A stretch of DNA of 64,000 bases, from assembly GCA_951406725.2 (NCBI GenBank), contig OX597814.1:167338001-167402000 (forward strand), read 5' to 3'. The position numbers and the translations under genes were made by a program. The DNA is from Octopus vulgaris. Its lineage: Eukaryota. The stretch's first letter is position 1, and every line of letters begins with the position of its first letter. This document shows positions 50,270-63,068 of the stretch, one piece after another. The notes beneath the pieces were generated by a model, which ran no database searches, was not told the DNA's origin, and saw nothing but the letters and a program-made list of their open reading frames with translations.

Positions 50270-50630
50270 AAGTGGTTTGGCGAAGTTGCCTCCCCTGTTT
50301 GTTAGCGCTAACTAATCGAACCTGGTGTTGCAAAGTTGCTGAAGATATTCTACACAACTCCGAGTTAAACCAACGTTCGACTCGACTCACTAAATTTTGT
50401 TTTATTGTTGTTAGATTGTCGCAGGATTTCACATACACAGAGAAGTGCTCGCTGACGTCGGTTGGTAGATTTCACTTGATTCTCATGTTCTCACTGACAA
50501 AGGTCTCTTCCTTGGTCGCTAATGTTTTGCACTCAACTCTCTCACACATCACGCCATACGATGCGCACATGCAAAAGCGAAAACATTTAATTTTCATTTC
50601 CTCGTAAATATGCTTAATTTTGGTAAGTCA
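50270..50630 (+). promoter_or_regulatory. Candidate promoter / first exon in a CpG-retaining domain
   Basis: Unique CpG-rich sequence; CRE-like TGACGTCG at 50453-50460; consensus donor G|GTAAGT at 50622/50623, followed by T-rich intron-like DNA. Confidence 0.4.
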
Positions 50631-50965
50631 AGTCACATGGACACGACTCTATAAAATCGCTTTTGTTTTCTCTATAATTAAGACAAGATTGTTAATTATT
50701 GTAAAATTACTTTTTATTTTTTTCGTTTTTTTTTTTAATACTACCTATATTATTTCTATGTGCGCATTTTTTAATTACGTAAAAATAAATGTTTTTTAGT
50801 TATATTCTTACGGTGGTTTTTGTACGATTAATTGTATATTGTTTATTTTCTTCAATTTAAGATGGGGTTGGATTCAGTTCTTTAGAAAACCTCATTAACC
50901 TTATTTGATATTATTAAGGTATATATTTTATACTAAATATGTTTACGCTATATCTCTCACCGAAC

Positions 50966-51306
50966 GTTTACTTTTAATTCATTTTAACATAATCACAAAT
51001 ATAAGTCCCTGGTGCTAGTGTTTACGAAGTAAATATTTTCACCCTCACCTGCACACACTGTTTTTATCCCTTACTTTCATTTAATTGTGTAAACATCCCA
51101 GGATCCACTTTGAATCGTATTGTACCACATTATTTTATAATTGGATTCTTGTTCCCTTTTAATGAAAAATGTATCGTATATATCATCATTAGTATCATTT
51201 AGGGAAACAAATCAGATATATTTTAATTAGATCTCAGTAATCTTTTAATTTTCATCTTTCGGGAAGCATTTCCTTCAATGGATATAATTTTGAGTTGTTA
51301 AATATT
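50966..51306 (+). repeat. ~340-bp direct repeat, copy 1
   Basis: Aligns by eye along its full length with 53449-53793. Confidence 0.9.
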
Positions 51307-52269
51307 TTAATACGCTACACTCTAAATTGATCGTTTTATCTGTAATATTTCTCCGATTTTAAAGAATTGAAGTAATCCTATTCTTTTATATTATTGTAAC
51401 CTTTAAACCAGGGTCACGTTTACCATTATTAAAGTAATAAAGGTCTCCGAAACTCCGATCTGGGAAAGGGTTGCACGCCAGACACTTTCTCTTTCCTTTG
51501 CTTACTTCTTTAAGAAATTATATTCTTTTAGCATACTTAATCTATAGTTCATAGCATTGCTTAGAACTTGTTGAAAATTTGTTTTCGGTATGCTTATCAA
51601 TATGTAATATAACAAATGAGGAAATACTTGTATTTTAGTAAATCTTTTGAGGTGTTTTTATTAAAATTTTATACATAATATTTCTTTTGTAAGAAATTTC
51701 TTGAATACACTCATAAAAACAAATTAAACCAGGATACAAAACACGAGAATCGTTAAATTTTCTGAAGACACAAACAGGCTTTTAACTTTATATGATTAAT
51801 CATATTTTCTTCCTATGAAATATGTAATTGTATAAGATATATATTTTACAAGGATGATACTGTTTGACCCAATAAAGTTACACACCAGGTCATTTTAGTA
51901 TAGGTAACGAACAAGAAATCATTCATGTAACTTGTAAAAGAAATCTAGTCACTACTACAAGTGTCGAACAATACTATCCCTAGTAAATATATTTTTCTAC
52001 AATAATATATTTATTTAAAGCATTGCTTTTGTGTTTTTTTTAGAAAATTTAATAACATACAAGTTTGTATTGCATTCTTTTATTCTAGTTATTCAAACCC
52101 ATTGACAAAACTTGAACCGCACCTTACCGCTTGCCAGTAAGCGATAGTGGTGGCTCAGGTTCCGTCAGTGGTAGTTCAATTCTAGGTGTGTGTGTGTGTG
52201 TACACACATATTTCACATTTAGATGTGGCTGCCACTTCAAAGATAAATTACAAGTTGATGTGTTGATGT

Positions 52270-52520
52270 TAGAATATATGGTAGGTACAAATTGTAGAGA
52301 ATAACACTAGGTGTTTTACTGATGTTAATAATTGTCCTGCTGAACTCTTCCACCAAATTTCTGGCTTTGTACCTTTTTTAGGAATTATTGTTGTGTGCCT
52401 ACAGGCAAGATAAAAGAGCTGAGAGAGGGCACTTGCTCTTGGAAGAGAAATCCTGGATGTGTCGAGTTTCTTGATTAGTCCTAGGTGACTGTGTAATCTG
52501 TGAATACCATTACTTTTTTC
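52270..52520 (-). mobile_element. Decayed LINE RT fragment
   Basis: 'KLDTSR...LSQLF...TIIPKKGTK' resembles the CR1/L2 pre-RT motif. Confidence 0.4.
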
Positions 52521-53448
52521 ACACATAATTTATTTGTAAAATCTCTTCACACACACCTTTTATAACCTATCCCTGTAATGTCCTCCTATCTGTTGCCCTA
52601 AAGGCAATGATAAAGAAATTATCATCATCATCATCTCATGTATAGGAGTTCTAATCCACAGGAATCAACTTTGTATTTACCCCACTGCAATTGATAAATA
52701 ACAGTAGAATCTATTCACATAGCCACCCTTATTCCTCTACAAAATTTTCCTGGGACTTAATTGAAACCTCTCCCCTCCCTTCTCTTTCGGGGCTTCATTG
52801 CTTCTACTGCATCTATTCAGTTTATCAACTAAAATATAGTATAGAATGGATGCTACATGGGATATACAAAGTTAGAAGGCAGGTAATACTACATAGTTTT
52901 TTAGTTTGAAGGGTCTACATACATGTTCATATAGATATCAATTAAGGCTGTCCATTCAGCTCATTGAACATGTGTGAAACTGTCAGTTAATTTTTTATAA
53001 ATCCTTTGATCACTAAAAGCATTGTTTTTGTGCAGTGCTTAAACAATTCAGTTCTGTAGAGATTATTATTATTCAGACTTTTCACTACATCTAGAAATAA
53101 CAGACACAAGAAGTAAATGAAATGCCTCTTGCCAAGAATCAAACCTGTGTTGTAAACTCATTTCATTAGGAGTTTAACAAAATCACCTATTAACATGAAT
53201 TACTTGATCATCTTGTTACATCACAATATTTCCATCTGAATCTAGTAGTTTTTAAACTGGAAGGCATACCTTCCTTTGGGGACTTTGTGAATAATAGTAC
53301 CCCCAAGCAGACATTGGTGGTCTTCTTACTGGTTTTTAGACTGTTGTGTGACTCATCCTTTTAAATAAAGATATGGTACAGGATACAGCAGCTGAACTGT
53401 ATAGTCAAAGAAATTATTAATTCCAAAAATTTATGAATCACACACCTA

Positions 53449-53793
53449 GTTTACTTTTAATTCACTTTAACATAATCACAAATATAAGTCCCTGGTGCTG
53501 GTGTTTATGAACTAAACATTTTCACCATCACTTACACTTACTCTGTTTACACCCCTCACTTTCATTTATTTGTGTAAACATCCCAGGACCAACCTTGAAT
53601 CGTATTGTACTATATTATTTAATAATTGGATTCTTGTTCCCTTTTAATGAAAAGCATTGTGTACATCATTATTAGTTTCATTTAGGGAAACAATAAATCA
53701 AAGATATATTTCAATTAGATCTCAGTAATCTTTAATTTTCATCATTTGGGAGGCATTTCTTTCAACGGATATAATTTTGAATTGTTGAATATT
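53449..53793 (+). repeat. ~340-bp direct repeat, copy 2
   Basis: Aligns with 50966-51306. Confidence 0.9.
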
Positions 53794-55649
53794 AAAAATA
53801 TTTTTTCAATATACAGAATATTCTGTATATATGAAATTATGTATTAATGATATTCATTCATTTGTTTTATGTCTGTTTTTCCATGTTAGCATTGGGTTGG
53901 ACAAATACTTATTGAGGTATTTCTTTGCGACAGGATGTCTCCCTGCCTCTAACTCTTGTCCATTTTTTAAGTTAATGATTTGTTTTTATTCCACTTACTT
54001 TTGAAAGCGCAGAGTTACAAGACAATTTATTGAGCTTTCATATAGTTTTTATCTACTCTTTCTACTCAAGGCATTAATTGGCCCAAAGGCTCCAGTGAAA
54101 AAAAATGATGCAGTAAGCTAGAACTTTAAACTACATAGTTTGCCAAGCCTACAACTATTTTATCAATTCTAATAAGGCTATTTGAAATGGCCTCTGTCTT
54201 GTGACTAGCAATAGATGGTCTAGCAATTGTTTGCAGTAGCATTTTGTATATCCTTTCATATATATGTATATAATAAAAAAAATATGTGAGCAAAGTGGAC
54301 ATTGGTTAGAAATTATATGATCTGGATAAAGTGCTTGTGTGAAGCCATTAAGTCTCAAGTTCATCTTGCTTTTCCTTAGCCACTGTCCTACATCTTGCTC
54401 TTACATATTGGTCTCATAAAATACCATTCTTCACTGATTTATTCAAGATTATGAGAAATTCTTGATTTGTTACATAGACATAAGACTTCACATTTATGTG
54501 ACCAAATGATGTTTATTGTGCAACATAGTCTTTTTTGTGGTTCATGCACTCCTACCATCAGTGCTACAGTGCTTGGATTCCATTGGTGAAGAAGCTTTCA
54601 TCCTGTTGGTGAAAAGATGAAATAGGAGTGAAGTAAAACAGCTCCAACTAGGAATTTATAAAGCTGGTTTGCTGTCTGAGAGCTAAGTGTTCTGCTCAAT
54701 GTCTCACTTCAACAATTTAAATTATAGTTAATATAAACTTCATGCAATCAGAGAAAAGAAGATTAAGATGAAAGCTAAATAAATCTTTAGATATTAAAGG
54801 AATTCTAATCTTATCTGAATGTTTGTAAAAAATTTGAGATCCACAATGGAATACTTCTCCTGCCACTTGGAATCTGATACTGCTTCTACTTCTACACATA
54901 CAGCTGTTTTAGGTTCCATTCAAAAAAGGCCATCTGTCTGATTTGCAAGAAATCACTTGTTAGCAAACTACAACTTCTGACCTACAGATGTGCTGTCTAC
55001 TCACCCTGACTTTTCTATCACTACTATAGTGGCTTATCTGACCCATGTATATCTTCCCATCATGCATATTGTGCCCAGACCCAGCACTAAACACAATTCG
55101 TAGTCATTCCCTAGATTCTCAGCTTTTTGAACTTCTGTCCCTGCCCCAGAGAAACATTAGCCACATCAATCTCCATTGTCTCTTGCCATGAGCGCAATGC
55201 AGGCCAATTCCTTACCACAGTTTCTATTCATTTCAATGTTTTGTCTTCACTTTAACACACTATTATTTAAGCATATATTTTATAAAACAACATTCAATGT
55301 TATTTAATTTATGCTTTTCCATTGTTCTCAATACACCTCTGTCTTAATCCTTTCATTACCATATTTCTGATGAAATGCACTACCTTTGTGTTTCAATTAA
55401 TTTTTAGACTGATTTTGGAGGGTTTAGGAAAAATAACTAAATCTGGTGTGTAGAACGTCTTCACATTATGACAGGAAGTTGTAATTTATATATGAGGATT
55501 TTTAAATAGCAGATTAGTTAATGTCAAAAGGATTAAATGCATGTTTATAAATTTTCTTTGTTTCATTGATAGAGAATTATATATTTGACTCCTCTTTCTG
55601 CAAGCTGAAAATACATCTCATTATTTCTGTTCATTCCTCCTATATTCTG

Positions 55650-55835
55650 TCATCATCATTGTTTAATGTCTGTCTTCCATACATGCATGGGTAGGATGTT
55701 TGACAGGAGCCGACCTGGTAGAAAACTACCCTAGGCTACTGTGTCTCTTTTGGCAGTGTTTTTATGGCTTCATGCCCTTCTTGGCACTGAGTCCTCTCTA
55801 CATAGTGGATTCAGTGCTTTTTACATGGTGCTAGC
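55650..55835 (-). mobile_element. Degenerate family-C tail
   Basis: catcatcattgtttaatgtc...ttggcagtgtttttatggcttcatgcccttc. Confidence 0.6.
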
Positions 55836-56169
55836 ACAATCCAGCCTTCCTCACTTGGAAATATCAGATTTCATTGTTAAACACTTTCACTCTCACAAAG
55901 GTTTCAAATTCCGTTTCAGTTTTTCCTCTATAGCTTTAGGTCATCCATGAATAGCAAATGGTTAACTATCTTCTGTTTTGTTTTTTTCTGGGGTTTTTTT
56001 TCCAATGCTATATCCAGCTTTTACTTTCCTCAGTTCTAAAGAGGGTGGTATAAGAGCAATGATAGGTAATGACTTTGGAAAGTACTCCAATTTATTGTGG
56101 CATTTCCTGCTTTTAGTTTCATTTTATAATTTCCCTAATTTACACATATCAGTTCAGTGATGTTATTTG

Positions 56170-57900
56170 GAATTTTTAGCATTTTGAGTATCTTCAACAT
56201 CCAAGTGTGGGGGTCTATGTCACATGCTTTTTTTGTAATCATTCCACCCCATTGCTAAGCCAGTCCATCTTACAATTTCTTATTAGTTTATCAATTGATA
56301 GTTGGCCTTTTGTCTCTCTTGAATTTTGCTGGCACCTTTTCTGTTCATTAGGGAGTAAGTTGTGTACCTCTAAGTGTACAATGGTCTTAATTGTAAACAT
56401 AATTAATAACAGTTTCCACAGTAGTGGTGAGCAAGTTATCAAGCTGTTATTTGAGACTTCAGCACCTTTCTGTTTGTCTGACATAACAGAGTTGTCTTAT
56501 CCTTAGTCATCTAATTTAGGATTCTTCCATTCCAGAGACATTCATTAATAATTTAACACTTTTCTGAGTGCATTAATGTTCTTTAACTGTCCGGTTTGAA
56601 TGACCTATCATTAGATGCTTTTAAAACTTTTTTGCAATGTGCTCCAAAATGCTTACTATGTCTGCCAGTTGTTCTACTCTTCTTAATTATTATCTATTCT
56701 GTACACTTTACCTCATTGTTGATATCTTCGTTGCTCCTCATATAACTCCCAAACTTTGTGCTTTTCTCTGTATCATTGTATCTTTCTACCTCCTTCAATT
56801 TTTCAGATAATCTCTTGAGTATTTTGGAACAGTCTGTTTTACTGAAACTGGTCTATTCTCTTCTCATATTGTTTTATCTTAGTTACTTTGCTGCCACTCT
56901 ATACTTCAGTTCTAATACAAAATTTATTCCTCCCCTTTCATTCTTTACATTATATTTTCTTTCTAGTAATTTGATGGTGCTTGTTTCCTTGCTGTACCTT
57001 CTTTAGGGAACTGTAGTTAACTCCCCTCCCATCATAAGCACCTGACACTCTTCTATTTGCCTTTTACATCAGGGTGTTTGTTCAGTCTTGGTTTACCTAT
57101 CTTATAGCCAACCTCTTTTACTACAACTGCTACAGCCTTGTATTTACTTCCAGGAAATAATTGATACATGTTCTATTACCTTGTCAATTTCTTTTGCTTT
57201 TGCTTTATTTTCTTTCTATCATACTGTCTTAGTTTACCAGGCTTTTCATTATTATTTTATTCAAGTTGGTCTAATATCTTGTCCATTAATTCAGTCTCCG
57301 TCTCACTTCAACCATCCTACCACATTTTCCTCTCTGCCCAACTTAGCACCTTCTTCACTATGATAGCTTAACCCTGTCTCTGTATCTTCTTTGCCATGGT
57401 CTTCATTAGGTTTTCTATTTATTTCTTCTAATTCCAAGTTGAATAGGTTACTATTGTGCTTTATAGGACATGCTTGCCCAGCCAGTTTCTGCTATGTCAT
57501 TGGAGATACATCTATCTCTTTCCAAATTGCTGACATTCTATGCCTACACCCTGTTTTATTAGGATTGCTCATAAAGTTTCATTACCAGCTTGTTTAGTTC
57601 TTTTATTTAAGTGGTTTTAACTAGCTTCTCTCATCTTTCTAGCACATATACATACTGTGCTGGTGTAGTTACTTGATATATTTTCTCTAAACTGAGGGTC
57701 TTATTTGTAGAAACAGCATGATGACTAACAAGAGACCTGTTCCTGTATCACCTGCCTGCTACTCCAAACAACTTTAGCTCCACAGCTCTCAGTTTCAGTT
57801 TTATCTGTAATCTTATTTGACATTTTCACTCATGATGGGGTTAGTGTTTTAAGGTAACATTACCACCAGTAGTTTTATTGAGAAACTATTTCTCTGATGA
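56170..57900 (-). mobile_element. Decayed R4/Dong-like non-LTR element, RT N-terminal half
   Basis: 'KGAEVSNNSLITCSPLLWKLL...HLEVHNLLPNEQKRCQQNSRETKGQLSIDK' (cf. NYRPITCLP..WKLL..EQKGC..SRGTKDQLLIDK); upstream limit approximate. Confidence 0.75.
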
Positions 57901-58289
57901 TCACCCTCCATCATGGAATTTCAATCATGTTTCGTGGTCTGCTACCACAACAGCTCCTTTATAGGATCCAGTTAGCTCAAGACATCATCAGGAGGAACCA
58001 TGTCAGGTTTCAGCCCCTACTCCTCTACTGTTTTGACGTGCCCCCCCCTCTTTTTTGAGGTGTCTTCAGCTCTGGTGTTGGGTACATGTCTTCTTTCTTC
58101 TGTTCCCTGGCCTCTTCGATGTAGCATCAACAAGTGTCAGGGGGTGACTGACTGTCTTGTCAAATTCCCCTTTAAATACCTGCTGCTAAGCTCCAGCAAG
58201 CAGCCCCAACAAATTGTCATGTGATACTGTCTCAACTTTAACTGACCAATGAAGGCGCGTAGTCTTAGACCACGCATTCTCTAAATGAG

Positions 58290-58503
58290 ACCGTCCAGCC
58301 ATATCCATCCAAAATATTCTACCTGTTTTATGTTCAAGCTGGTCAAATCTGGCCTTTCATACCTTACCCTATGACATCAATCTAAAACTAAACAATCACA
58401 TCATCAAAATCTTAATGCTTCAAAATATTGCATGAATAAATTAAAACAATGTGAATAAATAAGCATTGCATTTGACACACTAATTTGGATGTTAAAGGGT
58501 TAA
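58290..58503. mobile_element. TTAA-type MITE related to 32463-32672
   Basis: ccatatcc..ccaaaatattct.cctgttttatgtt...ggatgttaaagggttaa. Confidence 0.6.
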
Positions 58504-58635
58504 ACAAGATTCTTTTTCAAGTGACCGACTTAATCATGTTTGATGCCAATTCAGCATTTTGTGGTCTTAGATCATCATCATCTTTTAACATCTGTTCTCC
58601 ATGTTAGCATAGGTTGGACGGTTTGTTCTTATTAT

Positions 58636-59500
58636 TAGGGCAGGGGATGGACAGAATTGTCAGAGCATTATAAAAATTTTTCTGCAGTATTTGTCCTCAT
58701 TGCAGTCAACTTTGCCTTCTGGAGTTGATTAAATCAGCTGCTCCCCTTCTCTAGAATTTCAAGACTTGTAACTTGGTTAGAGATAATTATTTAAGGGTGG
58801 TAAATTGGTAGAAACATTAGAACATAGGAATAAAAATGCCTTGCAGGATTTTTCTAACTCTTTACATAAGATTCTTTACATTCTTGGTTCAAATCCCACT
58901 GCAGACTTTCTTCCCTCCAGGGTCAATAAAATGTAGGACCAGTCTAGTAATGGGGATGATGGTGTTAAAATTTCCTCTCTTTCCTCAAAGTTGTTGGCCT
59001 TTTGCCTAAGTCAGAAGACATTATCATTATTGTTGTTGTTATTACCATCACCATTATTATTATTATTATGGTGATGAGCTAACGGAATCATTAGCATGCC
59101 AGGCAAAATGCTAAGCAGCATTTCATCCATCTTTATGTTCTGAGTTCGAATTCTGCCGAGGTCAACTTTGCCTTTCATCCTTCTTTCAGAGTCCATAAAA
59201 TCAGTACCAGTTGTACACTGAGGTCAATGTAATTGACTTAACCCCTCCCACAAAATTGCTGGCCTTGTGCCAAAATTTGAAATCCTTATTAAGACGGTGA
59301 ACTAGCAAAATTATTAGCATACCAGACAAAATGCTGGTGTGCTGAGTTCAGTATCTGCCTAAGTCAGCTTTATCTTTCATCTTTTCAGGGTTTATAAAAT
59401 AAGTACCTGTTGAGCCCTGGTGTTGATGTAATGAACTTACCCCCTCCCCCAAATTACTGGCCTTGTGCCAAAATTTGAAACTATTTTTATTATTATTATT
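58636..59500 (+). mobile_element. Head-to-tail cluster of four family-A SINEs
   Basis: Copies start at about 58636, 58793, 59068 and 59291, each after a TAT-rich tract. Confidence 0.75.
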
Positions 59501-60020
59501 GAGTAAGAGAGCAATGCATGCCATCAAAGTGACAAATATATGAAGCTCAATATACTCATTATGACTATCAGCCTGATAAGAGTACAACAGGCACATGCAT
59601 GACAACCACATGTGTGCAACATGGTGATCTCATATCAAAATAAACAGCACTTGACCTACCCAGTTAGAAATTTTCTTCAGGTTAAGTTTCCCCGAATAAA
59701 GGTCGTTTAAGGATGATGAATGAAAAAGCCATGTTTCCAGAAGTGAAATATTCAAACTCCAAAGAATTTCTCTCAACACATGGCTATGATGCTCCCCCAC
59801 TATTTCTTCTCATGATCAGAGACGCATATATTATTAGCCATTAAGGGACATGCTCAACTGGTTACGGTCAAACAACTGACAAGCAAGCCTGTGGTATTGA
59901 GTAGAATGTTGTAGCCCATCTTTTATACCAAGACAAAACACGCACATGATGATATTTTCAGTGGGTTTAAATCAGAAGCCATAAGAGCCGCTGCTTGGTA
60001 CTGCATTAGGGCATATTATT
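59500..60020. repeat. Unclassified interspersed repeat flanked by (TAT)n; partial second copy at 61957-62178
   Basis: ggctatgatgctcccccacta...acatgctcaactggtt...atcagaagccat in both copies. Confidence 0.7.
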
Positions 60021-60062
60021 ACTATTATTGTTATTATTATTATTATTTTTGTTATTATTATT

Positions 60063-60250
60063 AAGGTGGCAAGCTGGCAGAATTCTTAGCAGCATTTTAT
60101 CCATCTTTACAGTCTGGGTACGAATTCTGCCAAGGTTGACTCTGCCTTTCAGGGTCAATGAAATAAGTACCAGTAGAGCACTGGGGTAATCGTAATCAAC
60201 TAGCCCCATTCCCCAAAATTTCAGGCCCTGTACTTATAATAGAAAAGATT
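60063..60250 (+). mobile_element. Family-A SINE
   Basis: aaggtggcaagctggcagaa...aagtaccagtagagcactgggg. Confidence 0.75.
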
Positions 60251-60746
60251 ATTATTATTTTTTATTTATTTTTTTTTTTTCAGTCAAGCTGCTCTAATTA
60301 CAGTTCTTTCAGCTGTTAGACATGAAATCTAGTCTTATCAGTTTCTAACTTTGGGATTAACCATCTACTTAATTTACTTCAGTTGATCCAAAAACGAAGT
60401 CTTCTATTTCAGTAGTATGTCGTATGTGGTAAAAACAAAGAAAAAGAATGAAAGAAAAAAATGAAATTTATTGTTTATTATTTAACCTGTGGATAACCTG
60501 TTGGCTTACAGGCTTTATTCCTCATGACAAGATTATCCATGAACTGCTCTAATCTTCTACAGCTAGTTGAAAGAAACTATGAACAATAGCACAACTGATA
60601 ATTGTAGGTCAAATCTGCTAATCACTTAGCTATAATTATCTTTGTTATAAAAACATATACACTTAAAAATTTGCAGTGAGCTTGATTTGGTACTTATCAT
60701 TCAGCTATTTTTGAAAACCATTATTTTAGCCATCTTTTATATACGT

Positions 60747-60946
60747 ATTTATTTGTTTCAGTCATATGACTGTGGTCATGCTGGAGCACTGCCTTTAGTC
60801 GAACAAATCGACTCCAGGACTTATTCTTTGTAAGCCTAGTACTTATTTTATCGCTCTCTTTTGCTGAAGCACTAAGTTACGTGGATGTAAACACACCAAC
60901 ATCAGTTGTCAAGCAATGGGGGTAGGGGATGGGCACAGGCACATAC

Positions 60947-60987
<41 letters not shown>

Positions 60988-61203
60988 AGAATTCACAAAA
61001 TATATAGGAAGAATTCACATTTGACAACTGATGTTAGTGTGTTTATGTCCCTATAACTTAGTGGTTCGGAAAAAAGGACCAATAGAATACATTCTAGGCT
61101 TACAAAGAATAGGTCCTGAGGTCAATTTGACTAAAACCCGTTAAGGTGGTGCTCCAGCGTGGCTGCAGTCTAATGACTGAAACAAGTAAAAGAATAAAAG
61201 AAT
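60747..61203. mobile_element. Two family-B SINE 3' halves in inverted orientation
   Basis: - copy 60747-~60950; + copy ~61020-61203; separated by (TA)n. Confidence 0.8.
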
Positions 61204-61334
61204 GTGTGTCACGACATCAAAGCACTTGTATCAGTGTCATGTAAAGGGCACCTATGCCTGAACCACAGAGAAAACAGCTGTGCCAGCATCACATAGAGAG
61301 CACCTGTGCTGGTGCCATGTAAGAGGCACCTGTA

Positions 61335-61587
61335 AAAAAGTTACCTTCTCAAATCACACCAACTCATAAAGGCCAGTTTCCCAGTTTCATGGTGTATATA
61401 TATGCTCTCCATCTGGACTGGACACTGGTTCATTGCATGATTATTCATTTTTGCCAGCTGAGTGGAATGGAGCAACATTAAATGAAGTGTTCTGCTCAAG
61501 AACACATGTTGCCTGGTCTAGGAATCAAAACCACATTCTTGCAATTATGAGCCCAATACCTTAAGCACTAAGCCATGTGTCTCCACA
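61335..61587 (-). mobile_element. Family-E SINE nested in a family-C element (~61230-61785)
   Basis: ccagctgagtggaatggagcaac..gaagtgttctgctcaag; aagaggcacct on both sides as a likely TSD. Confidence 0.65.
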
Positions 61588-62261
61588 AGAGGCACCTATG
61601 CCAGCACCACATAAAAGGCACCCAGTACACTCTGTAAGGTAGTTGGCATTTGGAAGGGCATCTAGCCATAGAAACCATGCCAAACAGACTAATAAGACCA
61701 GTGCAGCCCTCTAGCTTCCCAGCTCCTGTCAAACCATTCAACCCATGGCAGCATAGAAAACGAACATTGAATGATGATGATGAAGATATATCTATGTGTG
61801 GTGTGTATGTATGTTTATATATATATATATATATACAGAATATGGGGGTTTAGTTCACTAGAGGTACACTGGGTGAATGCTGTAATGGGTTATCTTGGTT
61901 CCAAGCTCGAAACTGACATAGGAGCTATGGAGCCATTTTAAGTTTCCAATTTAGCAGGCTATGATGCTCCCCCACTACTTTTGCTTGTGATCAGATATGC
62001 ACATATCATCAGCCACTAAGAGACATGCTCAACTGGTTGTGGTCAAGCAAGTGACAAGCAATGCTATGATATTGAGTAGAATATTTACTGTAGCTCATCT
62101 TTTATACCATGACAAAATATGTACATGTACACTGATGATCAGTTAAGATCAGAAGCCATGAGAGCCTGGTACTGCTATTATTATTTTTATTAATTATCTG
62201 TTTTGGTCAATTTAGATTGAAGAACATTTCATTGATGATTTCCTATTTCTTTACTGTCTCC

Positions 62262-62434
62262 AAGGGGCTACACACAGAGGGGACAAACAAAGACAACCAG
62301 ATTAAGTCGATTATCCCCGAAAGGATGAAAGGCAAAGTCGACCTCAGCGGAATTTGAACTCAGAACATAGCGGCAGACGAAATACCGCTAAGCATTTCGC
62401 CCGGCTTGCTAACGTTTCTGCCAGCTCATTGCCT
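62262..62434 (-). mobile_element. Young family-A SINE with internal deletion
   Basis: aaggggctacacacagagg...ggcaaagtcgacctcagcggaatttgaactc...ctgccagctc. Confidence 0.85.
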
Positions 62435-62619
62435 TTCATTGGGGTTTAGTTCACTTGTGATCAAATCATTGATGATTTCCTGTAGTATAATAAAAGAAGA
62501 GTTTGTTGAGTGTTAGTTACCTTTGTAGAACATCACCAGTTTCCTCAGAATCCTGGATTATCCTAGTAATAGAATGCTTTATCTAAAAATGACAGGAGAA
62601 GGTGGGCTTCAGAAGACCC

Positions 62620-63068
62620 ATCAAGCCAAGTGAAATTGTAGCTGTGGCTGTTGTCATATAAATGGCACCCATGGAATCGTAATCATGGCCGTTGCCGGTA
62701 GCATAATCTTTGAATGTTTGGCCTCAGAGGAAAGGGACAAGGTAGTGAACCATGATCTTCGAATGTTGTGCTTCACAGAGGCAAGGAAAAGTGACCGAGA
62801 CCTTGGTGATATGCTGTGACTGAGAAGACTTGCCAAGTCAAGTGAAACCATAGTCGTGACCGTTGCCAGTGTCATGTAAATGGCACCCATGTTGGTGGCA
62901 CATAAAAAGCACCCATCACATTCTTGGAGTGGTTGGCATTAGGAAGGGCATCCAGCCACAGAAACCATGCCAAATCAGATTGGAACCTGGTGCAGTTCTT
63001 CGGCTTACCAGTACCACTCAAAGCGTCTAACCCATGCCAGCATAAAAAGTGGATGTTAAATGATGAAG
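62620..63068 (+). mobile_element. Family-C element with preceding RTE 3' fragment
   Basis: gccaagt..aagtgaaa head twice; ggttggcattaggaagggcatccagcc tail. Confidence 0.7.

Noticed and set aside
50610-50622. Assigning a gene name to the M-L-N-F start
   Set aside because: Four codons are not diagnostic and no downstream exon could be identified.
54130-54900. Possible further LINE remnants (also 11700-12000, 13870-14400, 38450-38880)
   Set aside because: Too decayed to assign motifs reliably by eye.
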